NCBI GenBank assembly: GCA_963776245.1
Contig: CAVZLN010000005.1
Location: forward strand, 32,001 to 96,000
Reading direction: 5' to 3'
Origin: Candidatus Eiseniibacteriota bacterium
GTDB lineage: Bacteria; Eisenbacteria; RBG-16-71-46
Length of the DNA stretch: 64,000 bases
Below, one piece after another: positions 20,699-30,791 of the stretch (the first letter of the stretch is position 1; each line of letters opens with the position of its first letter). A program made the position numbers and the translations under genes. The notes under the pieces are model-generated. The model was given only the letters and a program-made list of their open reading frames with translations. It was not told the origin of the DNA and made no database searches.

Positions 20699-21415
20699 CT
20701 ACCGTGCCGGCGTCGCCAGGAACTTCTCGAGCACCTCGATGCTCTCGCGCGCGCTGATCGCTTCCGGCGAGGTCGGCGCGAGCTCGACGACCTTGCGCCA
20801 CTGGCGGATCGCGTCGCGATAGAGCCCGGCATCGGCGAACGCCACGCCGAGCGTGAAGTAGGCGCAGTAGGCGCGGGGCGTGGCGGCGATCACCTGGCGC
20901 AGCACCGTCATCGCCTCGTCGTACCGGGCCTGGCCGTAGATCGAGGAGGCCTTGCGGCACAGCGCCACCGAGTCCCCGGGCGCGAGCGCGAGCGCCTCGT
21001 CGTAGTACTTCTGCGCGTACATCGCGGAGCCCGCGGCATCGAGCACCACGCCGTAGTTCACCAGCGTATGGACGTCGGTGGGGCGCACCAGGTGCGCCTT
21101 CATGAACACGCGCGACGCCTCGGAGATGCGGTCACGGTCCATGTACAGGACGCCGAGACGGAACAGGTTATCGAAGTTGCTGGAGTCCCTGGCCACCGCG
21201 CGCTCGAGCAGGTTGAGACTGTCCATCACGGCCGGCGTGGGCTGGGCGGCCGCGGTGGGTTCGGGCGGGATGGGCTTCTTGGCGGCGATCGAGGCCGGGG
21301 CCAGAGCGACGGAGCTGCCGAGGACGACCGCGGCGATCGAGCACATGCGGGCGAGGCGCTTCAAGGGACTCCCTCCTGAGTGATCCGGGCGCGAAGAACG
21401 GGCACGATGGTACAC
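20699..21415 (-). CDS. Exported TPR protein (start uncertain)
   Basis: Signal-like segment followed by TPR patterns (AYFTLGVAFADAG). Confidence 0.75.
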   Translation of the reverse strand: MYHRARSSRPDHSGGSPLKRLARMCSIAAVVLGSSVALAPASIAAKKPIPPEPTAAAQPTPAVMDSLNLLERAVARDSSNFDNLFRLGVLYMDRDRISEASRVFMKAHLVRPTDVHTLVNYGVVLDAAGSAMYAQKYYDEALALAPGDSVALCRKASSIYGQARYDEAMTVLRQVIAATPRAYCAYFTLGVAFADAGLYRDAIRQWRKVVELAPTSPEAISARESIEVLEKFLATPAR

Positions 21416-21448
21416 CGCGCCCGCGGTGCGGCCAAGAGGCAGGACGTG

Positions 21449-22654
21449 TCAGCCCCGGGCCGCCGCCCCGAGCGCCCGGGTGAGGTCCGTCCAGATGTCG
21501 TCCACGTCCTCCACCCCCACCGAGAGCCGCACCAGCCCCTCCGGTATGCCCGCCCGGGCCCGACCCTCGGGGCCCAGTTGCACGTGCGAGGTGTGCGCGG
21601 GCAGGGTCGCCAGCGACTCCACCCCGCCGAGGCTGGGCGCGAACCGCACCAGCCGCAGCGCCTGCACCACCCGCTCGGCCATGGGCGCCCCGCCCTTCAC
21701 CTCGAACGACAGCAGCGGACCGAACCCGTGGCGCATCTGGCGCACCGCGAGGTCGTGCCGCGGGTGCCCGGCCAGCCCGGGGTGGAACACGCGCGCCACC
21801 CCGGGGTGGGCCGTGAGCCGCTCGGCGATGACCAGCGCCGCGGCGTTGGCGGCCTCGACGCGCAGCACGAGGGTCTTGAGGCTGCGTTCGATCTGCCACG
21901 CCACCTCGGGCCCGGGCACCGCGCCGAACACCGTGCGCGCGCGATGGACCGGCTCCATCGCCGCGCGCGAGCCCAGCACCACCCCGGCGAGCAGGTCGCT
22001 GTGCCCGCCGATGGACTTGGTGGCGCTGTACATCACGGCGTCCGCGCCGAGCGGCAGCGCGTGCTGGCCGATGGGCGAGGCGATGGTGTTGTCGAGCGTG
22101 AGCCGCGCCCCGCGCGCGTGCGCGAGCGCGGCCGCGGCCGCCACGTCGACCAACTGGAGCGTCGGGTTGGTGGGCGACTCGACGTGGAACACGCGGGTGC
22201 GCGGGGTGAACGCGGCCTCCCACGCGGCGGAATCGCGCGCGTCCACCAGCGTGCAGTTCCAGCCCAGCCTGAGCGCGCCCCACTGGAGCAGGCCGTGGGT
22301 GCCGCCGTAGCACTGGTGAAGCGCCACCACGTGGTCGCCCGCGGCGAGGTACGCCATGAACATCGCCGACAGCGCGGCCATGCCGGACGAGAACAGCAGC
22401 GCCTCCTCGGCGCCCTCGAGCGCCGCCAGCCGCTCCTCGCACGCGCGCAGGGTGGGATGGCCGACGCGCTGGTAGTACGCGCCGGCCGCGCCCTTGCCCT
22501 GCTCCGCGTCGAGCGCGTCGAGGTCGGCGAACGAGAAGGTGGCCGAATGCACGATCGGCGTGCTCACGGCGCCGGCCTGACGGGCGTGCGCGCCATGCAC
22601 CGCGCGGGTGCGCTCGCCGTGGGGCGGATCGGGCGGGGCGTCGGGACGGGACAC
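21449..22654 (-). CDS. Cys/Met metabolism PLP enzyme (methionine gamma-lyase/cystathionine gamma-synthase family)
   Basis: YQRVGHPT, FSSGMAA, ESPTNP, SATKSIGGHSD, SLGGVESL. Confidence 0.9.
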   Translation of the reverse strand: MSRPDAPPDPPHGERTRAVHGAHARQAGAVSTPIVHSATFSFADLDALDAEQGKGAAGAYYQRVGHPTLRACEERLAALEGAEEALLFSSGMAALSAMFMAYLAAGDHVVALHQCYGGTHGLLQWGALRLGWNCTLVDARDSAAWEAAFTPRTRVFHVESPTNPTLQLVDVAAAAALAHARGARLTLDNTIASPIGQHALPLGADAVMYSATKSIGGHSDLLAGVVLGSRAAMEPVHRARTVFGAVPGPEVAWQIERSLKTLVLRVEAANAAALVIAERLTAHPGVARVFHPGLAGHPRHDLAVRQMRHGFGPLLSFEVKGGAPMAERVVQALRLVRFAPSLGGVESLATLPAHTSHVQLGPEGRARAGIPEGLVRLSVGVEDVDDIWTDLTRALGAAARG

Positions 22655-22744
22655 GGGAACCTCCGGGGTGGGATGCCGCGGGGTCGCCGCGGGGTGGCTT
22701 CCTGCGACCGCGATGGTCGGCTAGAGTCGCGGCCCACGCCCGCC

Positions 22745-23776
22745 ATGTCAACGAACCGACCGCTCGACCCCGCGACCGTCGAACGCGTGCTGATGGTGCG
22801 CCCGCGATTCCTCGGCGACATCTGCCTGACGCTCCCCGCGCTCGACGCGGTGCGCGCCGCCTGCCCGCGGGCGCGGGTGGCGTACGTGGTGGAGCGCGAG
22901 AGCTCGCCGCTGCTGGCCGGGGACCCGCGCGTGGACCTCCTGATCGTGGCGCCGCGCCGGCCCTCGCCGGGCGAGACTCTCGCGCTGCTCGGCCGGATGC
23001 GCGCCTTCGCGCCGCAGGTGGCGTTCGACTTCTTCTGCAACCCGCGCACCGCCGTGTGGACGAGGGCCTCGGGAGCGCCGGTGCGCGTGGGATACGCCGG
23101 CAAGGGCTGGCGCTCGGCGCTCTACACCCACCACGCGCGCCCGCGCACGCTGTCCTCGGTCGGCTTCCACCTCGCCTCGCTCGAGGCGCTGGGCTGGCCC
23201 GCCGGCCACGCCGCGCCGCGCCTGCACGTCGCTGCCGCCACGCGCGACGAGGCGCGGGCGGCGCTCGACGCGCTGGAGGTGCCGCGCGACGCCGTGCTGC
23301 TCGGCCTCCATCCGGGCGCGCGCTGGCCGACGCGGCGCTGGGACCCGGCGCGGTTCGCGGCGCTGGCGCAGGAGTTCCTCGACGCGACCCCGCGAGGCGT
23401 GGCGCTGGTGACCGGCGGCCCCGGCGAGGACGCGACCGTGCGGGCGGTGATGGACGGCCTGCCGCGCGCGCGCGCGCGCGCCGTGACCGGCTGGCCGCTG
23501 GCGCGCTTCGTCGCGCTCCAGTCGCTGTGCGCGGCGTTCGTGTGCGGGGACACCGGGCCGGTGCACAGCGCGGTCGCGGCCGGCTGTCCCACGCTCGGCC
23601 TGATGTCGCGCAACCGGCCGGCGATGTTCTTCCCCTACCCAGCGCCTCACCGAGCCCACTACGCGCGGGTCGAATGCAGCCCGTGCCATCGCGACGTGTG
23701 CGACGACCTGCGCTGCCTCGACCGGCTGACGGTGGGCGGCGCCTGGGCGCTGCTGCGGGAGATGCTCGGGCGCTAG
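22745..23776 (+). CDS. Glycosyltransferase family 9 (LPS heptosyltransferase-like)
   Basis: LGDICLTLP, HPGARWPTRRW, GDTGPVH. Confidence 0.9.
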   Translation: MSTNRPLDPATVERVLMVRPRFLGDICLTLPALDAVRAACPRARVAYVVERESSPLLAGDPRVDLLIVAPRRPSPGETLALLGRMRAFAPQVAFDFFCNPRTAVWTRASGAPVRVGYAGKGWRSALYTHHARPRTLSSVGFHLASLEALGWPAGHAAPRLHVAAATRDEARAALDALEVPRDAVLLGLHPGARWPTRRWDPARFAALAQEFLDATPRGVALVTGGPGEDATVRAVMDGLPRARARAVTGWPLARFVALQSLCAAFVCGDTGPVHSAVAAGCPTLGLMSRNRPAMFFPYPAPHRAHYARVECSPCHRDVCDDLRCLDRLTVGGAWALLREMLGR

Positions 23777-23828
23777 CTGGCGGTCCGCTGTGCTACGGTC
23801 CGCGTCGTCCTCGGCCGGGAGGTCTCCC

Positions 23829-24632
23829 TTGACGCATCCGCTGGTGACGTTCACGTCGGACTTTGGATCCAAGGACTGGTTCGTGGGCGTGGTGCATGGC
23901 GCCATCCATGCGGTCTGTCCCGAGACGCGCGTGGTCGACCTGACCCACGACATCCCACCCGGGCTCATCGCTCGCGGCGCCTTCGTGCTCGGGACCGCGG
24001 CGCCCGACTTCCCTCCCGGCACCGTGCACCTGGTGGTGGTGGACCCGGGCGTCGGCACCGACCGGCGCGCGCTCGCGGTGTGCGCGCGCGGCCAGCAGTT
24101 CGTCGGCCCCGACAACGGCGTGCTCGAGTGGGCGCTCTCGGCGCCCGGCGCGGTGGTGCACGCGCTGGCCGACGAGCGCTTCTTCCGCACGCCGGTGAGC
24201 CGCACGTTCCACGCCCGCGACGTGTTCGCGCCCTGCGCCGCCCACCTCGCGGCCGGCGTGGCGGTCGAGTCGTTCGGCCCGCGCGTCACCGATGCGCGCC
24301 GGCTGCCGCCCTCGGTGGCGCAGGCGAGCGATGGCGGGCTGATCGGGCGCATCGTGTTCGTGGACCGCTTCGGCAACGCGCTCACCGACCTGCGGGCGGG
24401 CGAGATCGCGCAGCGTTTCCCGGGCGCGGGCGACGCCGGCATCGAGGTGCTGGTCGGAGGACGGCGCATCCACGGCCTCGCGCGCGCCTACGGCGACTCG
24501 CCGGTGGGCACGCTGATCGCCATCGTGGGCTCCAGCGGCACGCTCGAGATCGCCCAGGTGGGCGGCCACGCCACCGAACGGCTGGGGCTCGGCGAGGGCG
24601 ACCGGGTCGAGGTGCGCGCCGCGCGCCCGTGA
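23829..24632 (+). CDS. SAM hydrolase/SAM-dependent halogenase family (DUF62)
   Basis: FTSDFG, VVDPGVG, GPDNG, SRTFHARDVFAP, DRFGN; GGGAGG RBS before TTG. Confidence 0.9.
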   Translation: MTHPLVTFTSDFGSKDWFVGVVHGAIHAVCPETRVVDLTHDIPPGLIARGAFVLGTAAPDFPPGTVHLVVVDPGVGTDRRALAVCARGQQFVGPDNGVLEWALSAPGAVVHALADERFFRTPVSRTFHARDVFAPCAAHLAAGVAVESFGPRVTDARRLPPSVAQASDGGLIGRIVFVDRFGNALTDLRAGEIAQRFPGAGDAGIEVLVGGRRIHGLARAYGDSPVGTLIAIVGSSGTLEIAQVGGHATERLGLGEGDRVEVRAARP

Positions 24633-24643
24633 CGCACCTGCGG

Positions 24644-24678
24644 CGAGGCCCCGGCGGGGCGAACCCGCCGGGGCCTCG
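24644..24678. terminator. Perfect 15-bp GC hairpin between convergent genes
   Basis: cgaggccccggcggg-gcgaa-cccgccggggcctcg; no U-tract. Confidence 0.55.
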
Positions 24679-24695
24679 TGCGTCGGTCGCGGGGG

Positions 24696-26328
24696 CTACT
24701 TGCGCGTGGGCGTCGCGACCTTGCGCGGCTCGTCGATCACGCCGCTCATGAGCCGGGCCGCCTGCGGGAACAACTCGAGTGCCTGCTGGAGCTGCGAGTC
24801 GTCCTCGACGCGGATCTTGTAGGCCTCGGGCGAGCTCTTGAGCGCGGCGCTCGCCAGCTCGGCGCGCACCTGGAGCAGCATGAACGGGCGGTCCGCGGTC
24901 CACACCGAGTCGCTGATCGTGACCTTGCGAGCCACCATCGCCTCGCGCAGCTTGCCCCACTCCTCGGACGGCAGCGAGAACCCGCGTGCGAACGACCCGG
25001 GCGTGAAGGTCTCGGCCTTGTGGCGCGTCAGGTAGTGCGTGGCGAACTCGAAGAACACCCGCTTGCTGATCATCTCGAGCTGGGGCCGGGTGTAGTTGGC
25101 GGGCTCATGGATGAGCACGTCGGGGTAGATCCCGCCGCCGCCGTAGACCTGCCGGCCGCCCGCGGTCTTGAACTTGGGCAGCGTGGCCAGCACCGAGTCG
25201 CTCGGGCACCTCGACCTTGTACGCGTCCATCGCGTACTGATCGCGATTCTCGAACTTGGAGTAGTCGCGCTGGATGAGCCGTCCGCTCGGGGTGTAGTAG
25301 TGCGCGATGGTGAGCAGCAGCTTGCTCCCGTCGGTGAGGCGCAGCTGGTTCTGGACCAGCCCCTTGCCGAACGAGTTGGTGCCCGCCACCAGACCCCGGT
25401 CGAGATCCTGCATCGCGCCCGCGACGATCTCCGACGCCGACGCGCTGCCGTGATCGATGAGCACCACCAGCGGCATGGTGTCGATCTTCGCGCGATCGCT
25501 GCTCCGGTAGTCGGCGTTGGCCGAGGGGATGCGGCCGCGGGTGTAGACCAGCAGCTTGTCGTTCGGCACGATCTGGTCGAGCACCTCGACCGCCTGCGAC
25601 AGCAGTCCGCCCGAGTTCGAGCGCAGGTCGAGGAGCAGCGACTTCATGCCCTGGGTCTTGAGCCTCGCGATCGCCTCGGCGAGCTCGTCCCCGGTGGTCT
25701 GCGAGAAGCGGATGATCCGCACGTAGCCCACGCCCGGCCGGATCATGTAGGCGTACGGCACGCTCTCGATCGGGATCTTGGCGCGCTCGATGGTGAAGTG
25801 CAGCGGCTCGGGCTCGTCCTCGCGCACCAGCGTGACGTTCACCGTCGAGCCGGTGGGGCCGCGCAGCAGCTTGAACACGTCGTCGTTGGTGATGTCCTTC
25901 GCGAGCGGTTTCTCATTGACCTCGGTGATGCGGTCACCGGCACGGATCCCCAGCCGGTACGCCGGGGTGCCCTCGAGCGGGGAGATCACCATGATGGTGC
26001 CGTCGCGCAGGTCGAACTGGATGCCGATGCCCGAGTACTCGCCCGAGAACTCCTCGTCCATCCGCTGCGCGCGCACCATCGGCAGGAAGACGGTGTGCGG
26101 GTCGAGCGTCTTGAGCATGCCGTCGATGGCGCCCTTGATGAGCTTCTGGTTGTCCGGGGCCTCGACGTAGTTGTTCTGCACCAGGTAGAGCACCTGGGAG
26201 AACAGGTCGAGCTGGCTGCGCAGGTCGTCGAGCGCGTTGAGCCCGCGCGCGAGTCCGAAGCCGAGCAGCAGCGAGAGCGCCATGCCGACGATCAGCGGTC
26301 CCGGCGAGTTGCGACGGATGAGAGCCAT
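24696..26328 (-). CDS. ctpA: S41A carboxy-terminal protease; one frameshift near 25200
   Basis: PDZ domain, DLRSNSGG, SASASEI, GKGLVQ, YYTPSGR; C-terminus GRQVYGGGGIYPD in another frame. Confidence 0.88.
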
Positions 26329-26349
26329 CAGGGTCTCCGGTGGCGAGGT

Positions 26350-27526
26350 TCAGTGCGCCGTCGCGCCGGCCTTGATCCTGGCCAAGCGTTCGACGGCTGC
26401 TTCGAGGGTCTCACGGCGCCGCGCGAACTGGAAGCGCAGGCGTTGCCGCCCCGCCGCGGGGTCGGCGTAGAACGAGGAGCCCGGCACCGCGGCCACGCCC
26501 ACCTTCGTCACCAGATGGCGCGCGAAGGCGGAGTCGCTGTCGAAGCCGAAGCCCGAGATGTCGGTCATCACGTAGTACGCGCCGTGCGGCGCGAAGGGGC
26601 GGAACCCCGCGGCCGCGAGCGCGGGCACCAGGTAGTCGCGCTTCTCGCGGTAGCCCGCGGCGAGCGCGGTGTAGTAGTCGTCCGGCAGCGCGAGCGCGGC
26701 GGCGGCGGCCTCCTGCAGGGGGGCCGGGGCGCCCACGGTGAGGAAGTCGTGCACCTTGCGGATCGCGCCGGTGAGCCCGGGCGGCGCCAGGCACCAGCCC
26801 ACGCGCCAGCCGGTCACGCTGTAGGTCTTGCTCATCCCGCTGATGGTCACGGTGCGCTCGCGCATGCCCTCGAGCGACGCGAGCGGGATGTGCACCCGGC
26901 CGTCGTAGAGGATGTGCTCGTAGATCTCGTCGGTCACCGCGATCGCGTCCCACTTCCGGCACAGGGCCGCGACGTGATCGAGCTCCGGCGCGCGAGAACA
27001 CCTTGCCCGTCGGGTTGTTGGGAGTATTGATGACGATGGCCTTGGTGCGGTTCGAGAACGCCGCCTCGAGCTCGGCCGGGTCGTAGGACCAGTCGGGCTC
27101 GCGCAGCCTCACGAACCTCGGGCTCGCGCCGCACAGCACCGCGTCCGGGCCGTAGTTCTCGTAGAACGGCTCGAAGACGATGACCTCCTCGCCCGGGTCC
27201 ACCAGCGCCATGAGGGTCGCCGCCATGCACTCGGTCGAGCCGCAGCACACCGTGATCTCGGTCTCGGGCTCGTAGGCCAGCCCGGTGAAGCGCAGGGTCT
27301 TGGCGGTCAGCGCATCGCGCAGGCGCTTGGCGCCCCAGGTGATGGCGTACTGGTTCACGTCGCCGCGCACGGCCGCGATCGCGGCCTCCTTGACCGACTC
27401 GGGCGCGGGGAAGTCCGGGAAGCCCTGGGCGAGGTTCACGCCGCCATGCTGGTTGCACAGGCGGGTCATCTCGCGGATGACCGACTCGGTGAATCGGCGG
27501 CTGCGCTGGGAGGTCTGGTCACGCAT
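26350..27526 (-). CDS. Class I/II PLP aminotransferase; one frameshift near 26980
   Basis: NLAQGFPDF and NTPNNPTG in one frame; TDEIY and SKTYSVTGWRVG in another. Confidence 0.88.
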
Positions 27527-27631
27527 TCGAGCGAGTATTCTAGCGGCTCGCGGCCCTCGGCGCGACGGGCGAATTGCACGGTGGATGGCGAAGTTTGACA
27601 ACCCTCTGTCGCTCCCCCACCTTCGCGCGCC

Positions 27632-29065
27632 ATGGACGCTCAGCGAATCATCGCCCGCCGCATGGTCGTGGGGCTGCCTCCCGGCGGGCTGACGCCGGCG
27701 TGGGAGAAGGACTTCGCCGCGTACCCACCGGCCGGCGTGATCGTCTTCCGCCGCGACTTCGGCTCGCTCGACGCGCTGCGCGCGCTCACCTCGCGGCTGC
27801 GCGCGCTGGCGCGTCCGCGGCGCATCTTCATCGCCATCGACGAGGAGGGCGGGCACGTCTCCCAGCTCGGCGGACACCTCGTGGTGCCGCCCAATGCCGC
27901 GCTCCTCGCGCGCGGCGCGGCCCCCGGCGACCTCGAGCGGATCTCGCGCGTGACCGGCGAGCGCCTGCGTGCGCTCGGCATCGACTGGGCGTTCGCGCCG
28001 GTCGCCGACGTGGCGAGCGAGCCGCTCAATCCGGTGATCGGCCCGCGCGCGTACGGCGTCACGGCCGCCGCGGTGACGGCCGCGCTCGCCGACGTGCTGC
28101 GCGGCTTCCGCGCCGCGCGCGTCGCGACCTGCCTCAAGCACTTCCCCGGGCATGGGGACACCGTGGTCGACTCGCACCTCGCGCTGCCGACCTGCCGCGC
28201 CGACCGGGCCACGCTCGAGGCGCGCGAGCTGGCGCCGTTCCGCGCTCACGCCGACGCGCCCGCGGTGATGACCGCGCACGTGGTCTATCCCGCGCTCGAC
28301 GACGCGCGGCCCGCCACCTTCTCCCGCGCCATCACCACCGCGCTGCTGCGCGACGCGCTCGGCTTCCGCGGCGTGGCGATCACCGATGCGCTCGAGATGA
28401 AGGGCGCGGCCGACGGCCGCACCCCATTGGAGTCCGCGAAGCGCGCGCTCGAGGCCGGTTGCGACCTGCTGCTGTTCGCGTTCCAGGACGAGGCCGTGCG
28501 CCGGGTCCGGCTCGAACTGGCGGACGCGCTGGTGGAGGGTCGGATCGATCGCGCGGCGTTCGACGCCGCACGGCCCCGGCTCGCCGCGTTCGATGCCGCG
28601 CATCCCGAGCCCGAGACCCGGGAGCTCGAGCGGCCGCTCGCCGCGCTCACGCCGCCCGGCTGGGAGGAGCAGCTGTCCGCGATCGCCGCGCGCGGGCTGG
28701 AGGTGCGCGGGACGCTGACGGCGGAGGTCGCGCGCCTGCCGCTGCGCGTCGCGGCCCCGGAGCCCGCCTACGGTCCGACGCTCGCCGAGGAGCTTGCCGA
28801 CGCGGGCGCCCGGCTCGCGGGCGCGAGCGGCGACGCGCTCGAGCTGGTGGCGATCGCGAGCCGCGTGCCGCTCTCCGCCGCCGAGATCGCCGGTCTGCGC
28901 GAACGGGCACGCGTGCGCCCGACGGTGCTCTGCGGTCTCATGAGCGACGCGTTCCTCGACGCCGTGCCCGAGGCCGCGCTGCGCGTCAGCGCCAGCGACG
29001 CCACGCCCGTCTCGCGGCGCGCGGTCGCGCGCGCGGTGGCCGCGGCGCTGAGGCTGCGCGCCTGA
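27632..29065 (+). CDS. nagZ: GH3 beta-N-acetylhexosaminidase
   Basis: IDEEGG, FAPVAD, KHFPGHGDTVVDSH, MTAH, ITDALEM. Confidence 0.9.
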   Translation: MDAQRIIARRMVVGLPPGGLTPAWEKDFAAYPPAGVIVFRRDFGSLDALRALTSRLRALARPRRIFIAIDEEGGHVSQLGGHLVVPPNAALLARGAAPGDLERISRVTGERLRALGIDWAFAPVADVASEPLNPVIGPRAYGVTAAAVTAALADVLRGFRAARVATCLKHFPGHGDTVVDSHLALPTCRADRATLEARELAPFRAHADAPAVMTAHVVYPALDDARPATFSRAITTALLRDALGFRGVAITDALEMKGAADGRTPLESAKRALEAGCDLLLFAFQDEAVRRVRLELADALVEGRIDRAAFDAARPRLAAFDAAHPEPETRELERPLAALTPPGWEEQLSAIAARGLEVRGTLTAEVARLPLRVAAPEPAYGPTLAEELADAGARLAGASGDALELVAIASRVPLSAAEIAGLRERARVRPTVLCGLMSDAFLDAVPEAALRVSASDATPVSRRAVARAVAAALRLRA

Positions 29066-29132
29066 GCGCGGCGCGCCCGCGCTCTCGCCGCGGGCGCGGA
29101 GGTGGCCGCGCGCGACATGCGGCCGCGGGAGG

Positions 29133-30791
29133 TCAGCGGCGACGAGGCGGGCGAGCGCGACGGGCGCGCTTCGCGAGCGGCCTGCCCCAGCCCCCGCCGC
29201 CCGGGCTCTCCACTGTGAGCACCGCGCCCGCCGGCAGGTCGGCCACGAACTTGCCCGGCACGCGCCGGGCGCGCCCGCCCGCCGGCCCCGAGCGGACGCG
29301 ATCGACCCCGGGCCGGCCCGCGTGCCCGCCCGCCAGCCCGTAGGGTCCGCGCGCGCGGCGCTCGCCCATCACGGTGACCCGGGCGGGCGCCAGCAGTTCG
29401 AGCGCGCGCACGATCCCCTCGCCGCCGCGGAAGCGCCCGCGCCCGCCGCTGCCCCGGCGCAGCGCCAGCGTGCGCACCCGCAGCGGGTACGCGTGCTCGA
29501 GCGCCTCGACCGGGGTGTTGCGCGTGTTGGTCATGTGCGACTGCATCGCGCTCGCGCCGTCCCAGCCGGGGCCGGCGCCATGCCCGCCCCCCAGGGTCTC
29601 GTAGTAGGCGAACGGGCGGCCGGTGCCGGGCGAGGTCCCGCCGATCAGCACGTTGTTCATGGTGCCGGCGCTCGCCGCGGGGACGCGGCCGGGCAGCGCG
29701 CGGGCGAACGCGCCCAGCACCACGTCCACGATGCGCTGCGAGGTCTCGACGTTGCCGGCGCTCACCGCCGCGGGCGGCCGCGCGTTCACCACCGTGCCCG
29801 CCGGCGCGAACACGTCGATGGGGCGGAACGTGCCGTGGTTGACCGGCGCGTCGCCGCCCAGCACGCAGCGCACGGCGTAGTACGCCGCGGCGCAGGTCAC
29901 CGGCTCGACCGTGTTGATGGACGCCGGGCGCTGCGCGGCGCTGCCGGTGAAGTCGAGCCGCGCCCGGGCGCCGTCCAGCGTGAGCGTGACCGCGATGCGC
30001 ACCGGGCCGCCGCCGGCGCCATCGTCGTCGAGCGCGTCCGCGAACCGCCAGCGCCCGCGCGGGAGCGCCGCGAGCGCGGCGCGCGTGGCGCGCTCCGCGT
30101 GAGCCATCAGCGCTGCCGCCGCCGCGCGCAGCGGGTCACGGCCGCTGCGACGCGCGAGATCGGCGAGGCGTCGCGCGCCGGTCTGCTGGGCGCCCATCTG
30201 GGCCGCGAGGTCGGCGCGGCGCTCGTCGGGGGTGCGCACGTTGGCGAGCACCAGCCGCAGCAGGTCGTCGTCCACCCGGCCCGCGCGCACGAGGCGCACG
30301 GGCGGGATGCGCAGGCCCTCCTCGACCACCTCGCGCGCGAGCGGCATGGAGCCCGGAGCGCCCCCGCCGATGTCGGCATGGTGCGCGCGACTGGCGACGA
30401 AGAAGTCCGGGCGCGCGCGCCGCGCACGGTCGGTCCGGTCCAGGAACACCGGCGAGACCAGCGTCACGTCGGGCAGGTGGGTGCCGCCGGCGAACGGATC
30501 GTTGAGCATCATCACGTCGCCGGCCGCCAACGGCGCGTGCCCCATCGCGGCGCGCACCGCGGCGGCCATGCTGCCGAGGTGCACCGGGATGTGCTCGGCC
30601 TGCGCCACCAGCCGTCCCCGGTGGTCGAACACCGCGCACGAATGATCCCGCCGCTCTTTGATGTTGGGCGAGTGCGCGGTGCGCATCAGCGTCGTCCCCA
30701 TCTCCTCGGCGCACGAGCCGAACAGCCCCTGCACCACCGAGAGCGTGACCGGGTCGAGCCGGGGCGCGGCCTGGCCGCCGCGCGGGCTCAC
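29133..30791 (-). CDS. Hydantoinase B/5-oxoprolinase subunit
   Basis: SPNIKERRDHSC, HIPVHLGSM, NDPFAGGTHLPD, HHADIGG, TNTRNTPVE. Confidence 0.92.
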   Translation of the reverse strand: MSPRGGQAAPRLDPVTLSVVQGLFGSCAEEMGTTLMRTAHSPNIKERRDHSCAVFDHRGRLVAQAEHIPVHLGSMAAAVRAAMGHAPLAAGDVMMLNDPFAGGTHLPDVTLVSPVFLDRTDRARRARPDFFVASRAHHADIGGGAPGSMPLAREVVEEGLRIPPVRLVRAGRVDDDLLRLVLANVRTPDERRADLAAQMGAQQTGARRLADLARRSGRDPLRAAAAALMAHAERATRAALAALPRGRWRFADALDDDGAGGGPVRIAVTLTLDGARARLDFTGSAAQRPASINTVEPVTCAAAYYAVRCVLGGDAPVNHGTFRPIDVFAPAGTVVNARPPAAVSAGNVETSQRIVDVVLGAFARALPGRVPAASAGTMNNVLIGGTSPGTGRPFAYYETLGGGHGAGPGWDGASAMQSHMTNTRNTPVEALEHAYPLRVRTLALRRGSGGRGRFRGGEGIVRALELLAPARVTVMGERRARGPYGLAGGHAGRPGVDRVRSGPAGGRARRVPGKFVADLPAGAVLTVESPGGGGWGRPLAKRARRARPPRRR

